A stretch of 12,684 bases of DNA from Planctomycetota bacterium (GTDB lineage Bacteria > Planctomycetota > Planctomycetia > Pirellulales > Lacipirellulaceae): assembly GCA_039190745.1 (NCBI GenBank), contig JBCCXZ010000089.1, positions 1 to 12,684 of the forward strand, written 5' to 3'. Positions 1 to 7,164 of this stretch are shown here, one piece after another (the first letter of the stretch is position 1; each line of letters begins with the position of its first letter). The notes under the pieces were generated by a model that saw nothing but the letters and a program-made list of their open reading frames with translations, was not told where the DNA came from and searched no databases. A program made the translations under genes and the position numbers.

Positions 1-122
1 CTGCCGGCAGCGGGCGCGGAGCTTTCCAGATCGCTCCCGGCACGTCCAGGCCGATCCGACAGGCCGATCGGACCATGCCCCATTGGCCTGTTTGCTCGTC
101 GGCCGTCGAGCGCCCAGTCAGA

Positions 123-151
123 TTGCTGCCACTCTGGCTATCCCGTAGGAT
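123..151 (+). promoter_or_regulatory. Putative sigma70-type promoter for proC
   Basis: TTGCTG (123-128), 17-nt spacer, TAGGAT (146-151), about 50 nt upstream of the proC start. Confidence 0.5.
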
Positions 152-201
152 GCCAGCGGGACTTCGGAGTCGACTTCGCACACGCCCAGGACCACCGACC
201 G

Positions 202-1020
202 TTGACCAAGAAACTCGAAAACCTCGGCTTTATTGGGGCCGGACGCATGGCCACGGCCCTGGCCACCGGCGCCGTCACCGCGGGCCTGGTCGACCCCGCC
301 GCCGTTGTTGCTAGCGATCCTAGCCAAGAGGCCCTCCGGGCTTTCACCGGCGCCGTCGCCGGCGCCAAAGTTAGCGACGAGAACGCTGCCACGCTCGCGG
401 GCTCCCGCGTCGTGTTTCTCTCGGTGAAGCCCCAGAAGATGGACGCGGCGCTCGCCGAGGTGAGCAAGGGCGTCACCCCCGATCACCTGCTGATCTCGAT
501 CGCGGCCGGCGTGCGGCTCGAGCAGCTCGCCGCAGCGCTGCCCGCCGGCACTCGGCTCGTCCGGGTGATGCCCAACACCCCTTGTCTGGTCGGCATGGGC
601 GCAAGCTGCTACTGTCTCGGCCCCGATGCGACCGCCGCGGACGCCGAGACGGTCGAAGGGCTGCTCGCCTCGGTCGGCAAAGCCTACGCCGTGGAAGAAG
701 CAGCCATGGACGCGGTCACCGGCTTGTCTGGCTCGGGGCCCGCGTTTGTGTATTCCATGGTTGAGGCGCTCGCCCAAGGCGGCGTCGACGCCGGCCTCGA
801 ACCCGAACTCGCCCTCGCCTTGGCAACCCAAACCACCCGCGGGGCCGCAGAGATGCTGTTCGCCACCGGCTACAGCCCGGCCGAACTACGCGAGCAAGTG
901 ATGAGCCCCGGCGGCACTACCGTCGCGGGCATCCAGACCCTTACCCAGCGGATGGGCGCGGACGCGTTCGCCGCCGCCGTCGCGTCCGCCGCCGCCCGCT
1001 CCCAGGAACTAGGTCAATAG
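202..1020 (+). CDS. proC: Pyrroline-5-carboxylate reductase
   Basis: 272 aa, TTG start. Rossmann motif GFIGAGRMA, LSVKPQ, ISIAAGV, RVMPNTP, TGLSGSGPAF and SPGGTT, all characteristic of ProC. Confidence 0.97.
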   Translation: MTKKLENLGFIGAGRMATALATGAVTAGLVDPAAVVASDPSQEALRAFTGAVAGAKVSDENAATLAGSRVVFLSVKPQKMDAALAEVSKGVTPDHLLISIAAGVRLEQLAAALPAGTRLVRVMPNTPCLVGMGASCYCLGPDATAADAETVEGLLASVGKAYAVEEAAMDAVTGLSGSGPAFVYSMVEALAQGGVDAGLEPELALALATQTTRGAAEMLFATGYSPAELREQVMSPGGTTVAGIQTLTQRMGADAFAAAVASAAARSQELGQ

Positions 1021-1066
1021 AGCTAGGTCAGTAACCGTCCAAGAGACGAACCCCGGAGTGCCGACC

Positions 1067-1336
1067 ATGTCGATCATGTGTCGCGTCGACGACAAGTTCA
1101 TCCCCCTCTACCGCGTCATGTGGGTCGCGGCCACGCCCCACTTTTGCGGCGAGCCCGACTGCCTCCGCGAAGGACAGTACGAGGTGCGGCTTGAGCAGGG
1201 CGAATCTGTTTGGGCCAGGACCGAAGAACGCGACGCCATGATCTCCAGCCTGGAAGACTGGCAGGGCGGCCTCGGACCGGTCGACCCCGCCGACGACGAC
1301 GAGGACGGCGAGTTCGACGACCAGAGCCAATGGTAA
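1067..1336 (+). CDS. Small hypothetical protein (89 aa) with HFCG-x3-C motif and acidic tail
   Basis: ATG at 1067 has GGAG 8 nt upstream (preferred over GTG 1058). GC3-rich codons; co-oriented between proC and the next ORF. Confidence 0.8.
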   Translation: MSIMCRVDDKFIPLYRVMWVAATPHFCGEPDCLREGQYEVRLEQGESVWARTEERDAMISSLEDWQGGLGPVDPADDDEDGEFDDQSQW

Positions 1337-1423
1337 GCCTCCGCCGATCGTGTTCCGCCCTTCCTCCGTGTTCTGCCCTCCCAGAAAACCCCAACGCCGA
1401 GTTGACCGAGCAGAAAGCCCCCT

Positions 1424-1987
1424 ATGTCTGAGTCCAGCACCGACGAGCTCCACTGGCGCGAGACGTACTTCATCGTCTTCCCAGACGACCGCCGTCCTAC
1501 ACTGCAGCAGGTCGAAGCGGTGCTCGAAGACGCCGGCGGCGAGTTGCGGCTGAAGAACCTCGCCGCCGACGACGACGGCTATTTTCAATCCGTCTTCGTC
1601 GAGTCGACCCAGGACCACGCCGCCGTGGAGGTCTCCTACGAAACCGGCGAACCCGTCATCGAGCAGAACCTGCAGTGGGCCAAAGAACTGCAGAAGCAGC
1701 TCCCCGCCCAGCAGCTGCAGCAGTTGATGACCTCTAACGCCCGGCTAGACGTGGCCCACTTCGAGCGCCTCCCCGAGGGCGCCAATCCTGCGCCCCCCAA
1801 GGCTAGTTCCGACCCCGACGCTGCCTTCTTCGCCGACGACGACTTTGGCGGCGGTGGATTTGGAGACGGCGACGACATGCTCCCCGACATGCTCGACCCC
1901 ACCTGCCTGCTGACGGTGGTCGAGGCGCTCTCGGGTCTGACCGAGGGCCTGACGTTCGACCCCGCGGCGGGCGAGCTCATGGAGTGA
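1424..1987 (+). CDS. Hypothetical acidic protein (187 aa)
   Basis: Host-like codon bias, globular-looking N-terminal region (WRETYFIVF...), D/G-rich low-complexity insert near the C-terminus. No family recognised. Confidence 0.82.
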   Translation: MSESSTDELHWRETYFIVFPDDRRPTLQQVEAVLEDAGGELRLKNLAADDDGYFQSVFVESTQDHAAVEVSYETGEPVIEQNLQWAKELQKQLPAQQLQQLMTSNARLDVAHFERLPEGANPAPPKASSDPDAAFFADDDFGGGGFGDGDDMLPDMLDPTCLLTVVEALSGLTEGLTFDPAAGELME

Positions 1988-2040
1988 AGTGCCTGATCCT
2001 GTGCTCGCCGCCCATGGGCATCGGGCGTGACTGCGGGGCG

Positions 2041-2144
2041 ATCGAAAATGTACGATCTAAGATTGCCGATGTAAGGACGGCCGCCCCAAACGAACTGCTC
2101 TCCTAGTTCTTCACATCGTAAATCTCACATCTTAGATCTTAGAT
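2041..2144. repeat. Inverted element built from degenerate 7-nt tandem units (5 units per arm)
   Basis: Left arm 2041-2075: atcgaaa atgtacg atctaag attgccg atgtaag. Reverse complement of right arm 2110-2144: atctaag atctaag atgtgag atttacg atgtgaa. 34-nt spacer. Confidence 0.8.
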
Positions 2145-2149
2145 TCCCT

Positions 2150-2713
2150 ATGCTTGCCAAAGACCTCAAACCAGGCTCGGTCGTCAACCACAACGACGCC
2201 CCGCACATCATCGAAGTGGTCAACGTCCAGGCGCCCTCGGCCCGCGGCGGCAACACCCTCTACAAGTTCCGCGCGCGAAACCTCGTCACCAAGCAGAAGT
2301 CCGACTTCACCTGCAAGGGGACCGACAACCTCGCCGACGCCGACTTCCAAAAGCGGGCCGTCACCCTCATGTACTCCGACGCCGAACAGGTCCACCTGCT
2401 CGACTCCGAAGACTATAACCAGTACTCCGTCGCCGCCGAGGACGTGGCCGAAGAGATGAAGTACGTCACCGAGAATCTGGAAGGCATGCTCGCGCTGATC
2501 TACGAAGAGCAGTGCGTCGGCCTGCAAGTGCCCTCGGCCGTGGCGCTCAAGATCGAGCAGACCGACCCCGGCGTCAAAGGCAACAGCGCCACCGGCCGCC
2601 AGAAGCCCGCCACACTCGAAACCGGCTTGGTGATCCAGGTGCCCGAGTACCTCAAAGAGGGCGAGGTCGTGAAAGTCGACACCCGCACCGGCGACTTCCT
2701 CGGCCGCGCGTGA
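2150..2713 (+). CDS. efpL: Elongation factor P-like protein, EfpL/YeiP type
   Basis: 187 aa EF-P family sequence (KPATLETGLVIQVPEYL...KVDTRTG). The tip loop is QAPSARGGNTLYK, matching the YeiP/EfpL SPTARG-type loop rather than canonical KPGKG. Confidence 0.88.
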   Translation: MLAKDLKPGSVVNHNDAPHIIEVVNVQAPSARGGNTLYKFRARNLVTKQKSDFTCKGTDNLADADFQKRAVTLMYSDAEQVHLLDSEDYNQYSVAAEDVAEEMKYVTENLEGMLALIYEEQCVGLQVPSAVALKIEQTDPGVKGNSATGRQKPATLETGLVIQVPEYLKEGEVVKVDTRTGDFLGRA

Positions 2714-2729
2714 GTCGGAAGGCAGTTCG

Positions 2730-3071
2730 TTAGAAAAGTACCCTCTGCTGGTGCGAGGCCTTCTTCTTCGCCGGCCGCTTCTTCGCAGACGCTTTCTTCT
2801 TAGCGGCCTTCTTTGGCGCCGCTTTCTTCTTGGGCGACTTCTTCACCGCCTTCGCCTTCGTTGCCTTCTTCTTCGCCGACTTGGCGGGAGTCTTCTTCTT
2901 CGGCGTACTCTTCTTGGGAGCCTTCTTCGTCGCCGCCTTTTTCTTCACGGGCTTTTTCTTGGGCGACTTCTTTGCAGCCTTCGCCGGCTTCTTCTTAGGC
3001 GTACCGCCCCCGAAGATGTTGTCCCAATTCTCCGAGTACTTCTCGTTCGACCCTACACGCACTACCGACAT
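2730..3071 (-). CDS. Histone H1-like Lys/Ala/Pro-rich basic protein
   Basis: 113 aa with GAGGAG upstream of the ATG. A 22-aa head (MSVVRVGSNEKYSENWDNIFGG) is followed by a tail with 40 Lys, including four [ST]PKK motifs. Confidence 0.85.
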   Translation of the reverse strand: MSVVRVGSNEKYSENWDNIFGGGTPKKKPAKAAKKSPKKKPVKKKAATKKAPKKSTPKKKTPAKSAKKKATKAKAVKKSPKKKAAPKKAAKKKASAKKRPAKKKASHQQRVLF

Positions 3072-3107
3072 CGCTCTCCTCAGCTCCTCTAGATTGAAAC
3101 AGACGCC

Positions 3108-3497
3108 CTAGTTGCTCGCGTGCACAAACAATTCGTGCACGTTCCCGTCGGGGTCCGCAAAGAACCCCGCGTACTGCCCCCAGGGCATCACCGACGGCCG
3201 CTTCACTTCGCGGGCCCCCGCGGCGAGCAGCCCATTGTACCGCTCGTCCAGTTCCTCACGAGTGCCGCACTCGAACGCGAACTCCAGCGTCGACCCCGTC
3301 GCCGGCCGCTCGAACGCCGCGTCGCCGGTCACGTCTTGCATCACGCTCCGCTCGCAGAGCGCCACCCGCACCGGCTGTCCGCTGAATTCGACGTACTTCT
3401 CCAGTTCTTCGAGCACCTCGAACCCCAGCACGTCCACATAAAACCGCTTCATCTCGGCGAACCGGTCGGTGAACACCCCCAGCATATTGATCTTCAT
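3108..3497 (-). CDS. VOC family (glyoxalase/bleomycin resistance-like) protein
   Basis: 129 aa from ATG 3497 with AAGGAAG upstream. Motifs RFYVDVLGF and PWGQYAGFFADPDGNVHEL. Confidence 0.92.
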   Translation of the reverse strand: MKINMLGVFTDRFAEMKRFYVDVLGFEVLEELEKYVEFSGQPVRVALCERSVMQDVTGDAAFERPATGSTLEFAFECGTREELDERYNGLLAAGAREVKRPSVMPWGQYAGFFADPDGNVHELFVHASN

Positions 3498-3514
3498 GGC
3501 GCCGCTTCCTTTAG

Positions 3515-3624
3515 GAACCACGAAAAGCACGAAAGACACGAAAGAGAAGAAGGCATGAGTCTGCCAATAGCGTCCGTCCTTTTCTCCTTTTCCCCTTTCG
3601 TTCCTTTCGCGTCTTTCGTGGTTC
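3515..3624. repeat. Inverted element built from 9-nt tandem units (CGAAA core, 3 units per arm)
   Basis: Left 3515-3544 gaaccacgaaaagcacgaaagacacgaaag. Reverse complement of 3595-3624 is gaaccacgaaagacgcgaaaggaacgaaag. 25/30 identical, 50-nt spacer. Confidence 0.9.
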
Positions 3625-3630
3625 TATCTC

Positions 3631-5310
3631 TCAACTCTGCTGCAGTTTCTTGTAACGGAATCGCTTCGGCTCGTCCGCGTCCTCGCCCAGCCGCTCGCGA
3701 CGCTCGCGCTCGTACGTCTCGAAGTTCCCGTCGCACCAGTGCACGTAGCCGTCGCCCTCGAACGCCAGGATGTGCGTCGCCAACCGGTCGAGGAACCACC
3801 GGTCGTGGCTTACCACAACCGCACAGCCCACGAAGTTGGCGACCGCCTCCTCCAACGCCCGCAGCGTGTCGACGTCCAAGTCGTTCGTCGGCTCGTCCAA
3901 CAGCAGCACGTTCGACCCCCGCCGCAGCAGCTTCGCCAGGTGCACCCGGTTCCGTTCGCCGCCCGAAAGCACGCCCACTTTCTTCTGCTGGTCGGTCCCG
4001 GAGAAGTTGAACCGCGAGACATACGCCCGGGCGTTCATCTTCCGCCCGCCCATCTCCAGCGTCTCGTGCCCGCCGGAAATCTCCTCGTACACGGTCGCGT
4101 CCGCCTGCAAGTCGTCGCGCGACTGGTCGACGTAGCCCAGTTCTACCGTCGGCCCCACCTTCAACTCGCCGCCGTCCGGTTCCATCTGCCCCATCAGCAT
4201 CCGCAAGAGCGTCGTCTTCCCGGCGCCGTTCGGCCCGATGATGCCCACGATCCCCCCGGCCGGCAGGCGGAAGTCGATCCCGTCCATCACCACGTTGTCG
4301 CCGAAGGCCTTCGTCAGGTTCGACGCCTCGATCACCATATCCCCCAGCCGCGGCCCCGGCGGGATCTGGATCTCCAGTTCGTCCGGCTTGTCCTCGAACT
4401 GCTCGGAGGCCATCTGCTCGTAGGCCTTGATCCGTGCCTTGTTCTTCGAGTGCCGCGCCTTCGGCGCCATCCGCACCCACTCCAGCTCGCGGGCGAGCGT
4501 CCGCTGCCGCGCCGACTCCCGCTTCTCCTCGGCCTCCAGCCGCTTCTTCTTCTGCTCCAGCCACGAGGTGTAGTTACCTTCCCAAGGAATCCCCTGCCCC
4601 CGGTCGAGCTCCAGGATCCACCCCGCCACGTTGTCCAGGAAGTACCGGTCGTGCGTCACCGCGACGATCGTCCCCGGGTACTCCGCGAGGTGCCGCTCCA
4701 GCCACGCCACGCTCTCGGCGTCGAGGTGGTTGGTCGGCTCGTCCAGCAGCAGCAGGTCGGGCTTCTCCAGCAGAATCTTGCACAATGCCACGCGCCGCTT
4801 CTCGCCGCCCGAGAGCTTCGTCACGCCCGAGTCCCCCGGCGGCAGGTTCATCGCGCCCATCGCGATCTCCACCTGCCGGTCCAGCTCCCACGCGTTCGTC
4901 GCGTCGATCCGGTCCTGCAGCACCGCCTGCCGGTTCATCAGCTTCTCCATCGCGTCGGGGTCGTCGGCCACCTCCCCGTACTTCTCGCCGATCTCCTCGA
5001 ACTCCTTCAGCAGCGCCCGCGTCGGCGCCACCGCTTCTTCGACGTTCTCGAAGACGGTCTTCTCCGGGTTCAAATGCGGCTCCTGCTCCAAGAGCCCCAC
5101 GGTAAACCCGTCCGTCAGCTGGGCTTCGCCGTCGAAGTCCTTGTCCAACCCCGCCATGATCCGCAGCAGCGTGCTCTTGCCCGACCCGTTCCGACCCAGC
5201 ACGCCAATCTTGGCCCCCGGGTAGAACGCCAGCCAGATATCGTTCAGCACCTCGCGCTGCCCGATCTTCTTGGTCAGCTTCGAGATTTGGTAGATGTACT
5301 TTTGACTCAT
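3631..5310 (-). CDS. ettA: Energy-dependent translational throttle protein EttA (ABC-F ATPase)
   Basis: 559 aa with two ABC domains ([48 protein letters not shown]) and no TM segments. EttA-typical [22 protein letters not shown] and RELEWVR linker. Confidence 0.96.
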   Translation of the reverse strand: MSQKYIYQISKLTKKIGQREVLNDIWLAFYPGAKIGVLGRNGSGKSTLLRIMAGLDKDFDGEAQLTDGFTVGLLEQEPHLNPEKTVFENVEEAVAPTRALLKEFEEIGEKYGEVADDPDAMEKLMNRQAVLQDRIDATNAWELDRQVEIAMGAMNLPPGDSGVTKLSGGEKRRVALCKILLEKPDLLLLDEPTNHLDAESVAWLERHLAEYPGTIVAVTHDRYFLDNVAGWILELDRGQGIPWEGNYTSWLEQKKKRLEAEEKRESARQRTLARELEWVRMAPKARHSKNKARIKAYEQMASEQFEDKPDELEIQIPPGPRLGDMVIEASNLTKAFGDNVVMDGIDFRLPAGGIVGIIGPNGAGKTTLLRMLMGQMEPDGGELKVGPTVELGYVDQSRDDLQADATVYEEISGGHETLEMGGRKMNARAYVSRFNFSGTDQQKKVGVLSGGERNRVHLAKLLRRGSNVLLLDEPTNDLDVDTLRALEEAVANFVGCAVVVSHDRWFLDRLATHILAFEGDGYVHWCDGNFETYERERRERLGEDADEPKRFRYKKLQQS

Positions 5311-5336
5311 CTTTTTTCTGCTCTTCTAAAGATGTT

Positions 5337-5410
5337 TCTCGCAAAGGCGCGAAGGCGCAAAGAAGGTACTCAACAATCTTCTTTCTTTGCGCCTTAGCGC
5401 CTTTGCGAGA
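5337..5410. repeat. Inverted element built from 8-nt tandem units (GCGCAAAG-like, 3 units per arm)
   Basis: Left 5337-5364 tctcgcaaaggcgcgaaggcgcaaagaa and right 5383-5410 ttctttgcgccttagcgcctttgcgaga. 27/28 complementary, 18-nt loop. Confidence 0.93.
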
Positions 5411-5417
5411 GTTTCGT

Positions 5418-7004
5418 CTATTCCCATTCGATGGTAGCCGGCGGTTTCGAACTAATGTCGTACACGACCCGGTTCACGCCCTTCACTTCATTAATGATCC
5501 GCGTGCTGATCCGCGCCAGCAGATCGTACGGCAGGTGACTCCAATCCGCCGTCATAAAGTCGTCGGTGTTCACGCTCCGCACCGCCAGCGCGTCGTCGTA
5601 CGTCCGGCTGTCGCCCATCACGCCCACGCTCTGCACCGGCAGCAGCACCGCGAACGACTGCGACGTCTCCCGGTAGAGCCCCGCCGCCTTGATCTCGCCC
5701 ACCACAATCGCGTCCGCCGCCCGCAGCGTTTCCAGCCGCTCCTTGGTCACCTCGCCTAAGCAACGCACCGCCAGCCCCGGCCCCGGGAACGGGTGACGCC
5801 ACACAATCTCCTCCGGCAAACCCAGCTGCAAGCCGAGCCGCCGCACCTCGTCTTTGAACAAATCCCGCAGCGGCTCGACCAGCTCGAAACCCAACTCCTC
5901 CGGCAGGCCGCCCACGTTGTGGTGCAGCTTGATCGTGTCCGCCGGCCCGTCGGGCGCCGCCCCGCTCTCGATCACGTCCGGGTACAGCGTCCCCTGCGCC
6001 AGGAACCGCGCTCCCTCCACCTTCGCCGCCTCTTCCTTGAAGCACTCAATAAATGTGTGCCCGATCCGCCGCCGCTTCTCCTGCGGGTCGGTCACCCCCG
6101 CGAGCTGCTCCAGGAACCGCTCCTCCGCGTCCACCACGTGCAGGTCACTCTTGAAGTGCCCGGAGAACTCCTCGATCACGGACTCCGCTTCGCCGAGCCG
6201 CAGCAGGCCGTTGTCCACCAGGATGCACGAGAGCTGCTCGCCGATCGCCTCCGAAAGCAACGCCGCCACAACCGCAGAGTCGACCCCGCCCGACAACCCA
6301 CAGATCACCCGACCGTCGCCCACACGCTCGCGGACCGCTGCGATCGTCTCCGCCGCGAAGTCGCCCAACTTCCACGTGCCGCTTGCCTGGCAGTAGTGCC
6401 TTAGGAAGTTCGCCAGCATCCGTCCGCCCTCGGGCGTGTGCGTCACCTCCGGATGGAACTGCAGACCAAACACCGGCAGCGTTCTGTGTCTGATCGCCGC
6501 GAAGGGGCACGTCGACGTGCTCGCCAGCGGCTCAAAACTCTCGGCGATCCCCGCCACCTGGTCGCCGTGGCTCATCCACACCTGCGTCGACGCCGGCACG
6601 CCCTCGAACAAACCGGCTGCGTCTGAGACGTTGACCTCGGCACGGCCGTACTCGCGCGACGGCGCGCTGTCGACCTTCCCGCCCAACGCCTGGCAAGCGA
6701 GCTGCATCCCGTAGCAGATGCCCAGCACGGGGATGCCCAGCTCGAACAGCTTCGGGTCGCACTGAGGCGCGCCCTCTTCGTAAACGCTCGAAGGCCCGCC
6801 CGATAGGATCAGACCCAGCGGACCGATCTCCCGCACCCGCTCGGCAGTGATGTCGTGCCGCACGATCTCGCAGTAAACGTCCTGCTCGCGCACCCGCCGG
6901 GCGATCAGCTGCGCGTACTGCGACCCGAAGTCGAGCACCAGCACCTTCTCGGCCGCGGCGCCGACCGCCGCACCGCTGTTGGCATCCAAAGCCGTTCGCG
7001 TCAT
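5418..7004 (-). CDS. guaA: GMP synthase (glutamine-hydrolysing)
   Basis: 528 aa. LDFGSQY, class I GATase [10 protein letters not shown] and QFHPEV, PP-loop [18 protein letters not shown]-terminal [16 protein letters not shown] upstream of the start. Confidence 0.98.
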   Translation of the reverse strand: MTRTALDANSGAAVGAAAEKVLVLDFGSQYAQLIARRVREQDVYCEIVRHDITAERVREIGPLGLILSGGPSSVYEEGAPQCDPKLFELGIPVLGICYGMQLACQALGGKVDSAPSREYGRAEVNVSDAAGLFEGVPASTQVWMSHGDQVAGIAESFEPLASTSTCPFAAIRHRTLPVFGLQFHPEVTHTPEGGRMLANFLRHYCQASGTWKLGDFAAETIAAVRERVGDGRVICGLSGGVDSAVVAALLSEAIGEQLSCILVDNGLLRLGEAESVIEEFSGHFKSDLHVVDAEERFLEQLAGVTDPQEKRRRIGHTFIECFKEEAAKVEGARFLAQGTLYPDVIESGAAPDGPADTIKLHHNVGGLPEELGFELVEPLRDLFKDEVRRLGLQLGLPEEIVWRHPFPGPGLAVRCLGEVTKERLETLRAADAIVVGEIKAAGLYRETSQSFAVLLPVQSVGVMGDSRTYDDALAVRSVNTDDFMTADWSHLPYDLLARISTRIINEVKGVNRVVYDISSKPPATIEWE

Positions 7005-7049
7005 CGTGACCTACTCCCTCAAGCCGCCCGCAGCGTGGGAAAGCCCGCA

Positions 7050-7077
7050 ATTATAGAGCCCAGCAGCGAAGCCGTAA
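7050..7077 (-). promoter_or_regulatory. Putative sigma70-type promoter for guaA
   Basis: Perfect TATAAT on the minus strand at 7055-7050 and a weak -35 (TTACGG, 7077-7072) at 16-nt spacing, about 45 nt upstream of the start codon. Confidence 0.55.
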
Positions 7078-7098
7078 CCCACCCCCACCCCCCATTTC

Positions 7099-7121
7099 GC
7101 CCCGGGCCAGTGGCCGGGGGC
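7099..7121. repeat. 23-bp GC-rich palindrome (solo REP-like element or operator)
   Basis: GCCCCGGGCCAGTGGCCGGGGGC has 10 of 11 positions paired around the central G, in the divergent guaA/SRPBCC spacer. Confidence 0.5.
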
Positions 7122-7164
7122 GGCCCTCAAGTGAGCGAACCACGCCGATAGCGGTTGATCCCAT

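Noticed and set aside
1..83. Possible start of a divergent minus-strand gene (ATG at 83 or 76, both frames open to the window edge)
   Set aside because: Only 25-27 codons are visible with no recognisable motif, so a frame cannot be chosen or supported.
2150..2713. EarP-rhamnosylated EF-P, because the tip residue is Arg32
   Set aside because: The loop context is PSARGG (EfpL type), not SGRN, and no earP gene is adjacent.
2830..3111. 93-aa Phe/Ala-rich + strand ORF resembling a membrane protein, and the 2751-3092 ORF
   Set aside because: Antisense shadow of the AAG/GCC-rich H1-like gene, which has the clear ribosome-binding site.
3498..3539. Longer N-terminus of the VOC ORF (start 3539)
   Set aside because: The extension lies inside the 9-mer repeat arm. 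ATG 3497 has an SD-like sequence and begins the VOC fold.
3739..5397. 552-aa + strand ORF and other long ORFs overlapping ettA, guaA, proC, DUF1559 and proB (e.g. 10257-11579 -, 9165-10028 +, 118-831 -)
   Set aside because: Antisense or alternative-frame shadows expected in high-GC coding DNA, with no recognisable motifs.
3515..5410. The elements on either side of ettA as the ends of a composite transposon
   Set aside because: The two elements have unrelated sequences, there is no transposase or target duplication, and ettA has host-like codon usage.
7005..7050. Purine riboswitch upstream of guaA
   Set aside because: The predicted leader is only about 40 nt and lacks the purine aptamer signature.
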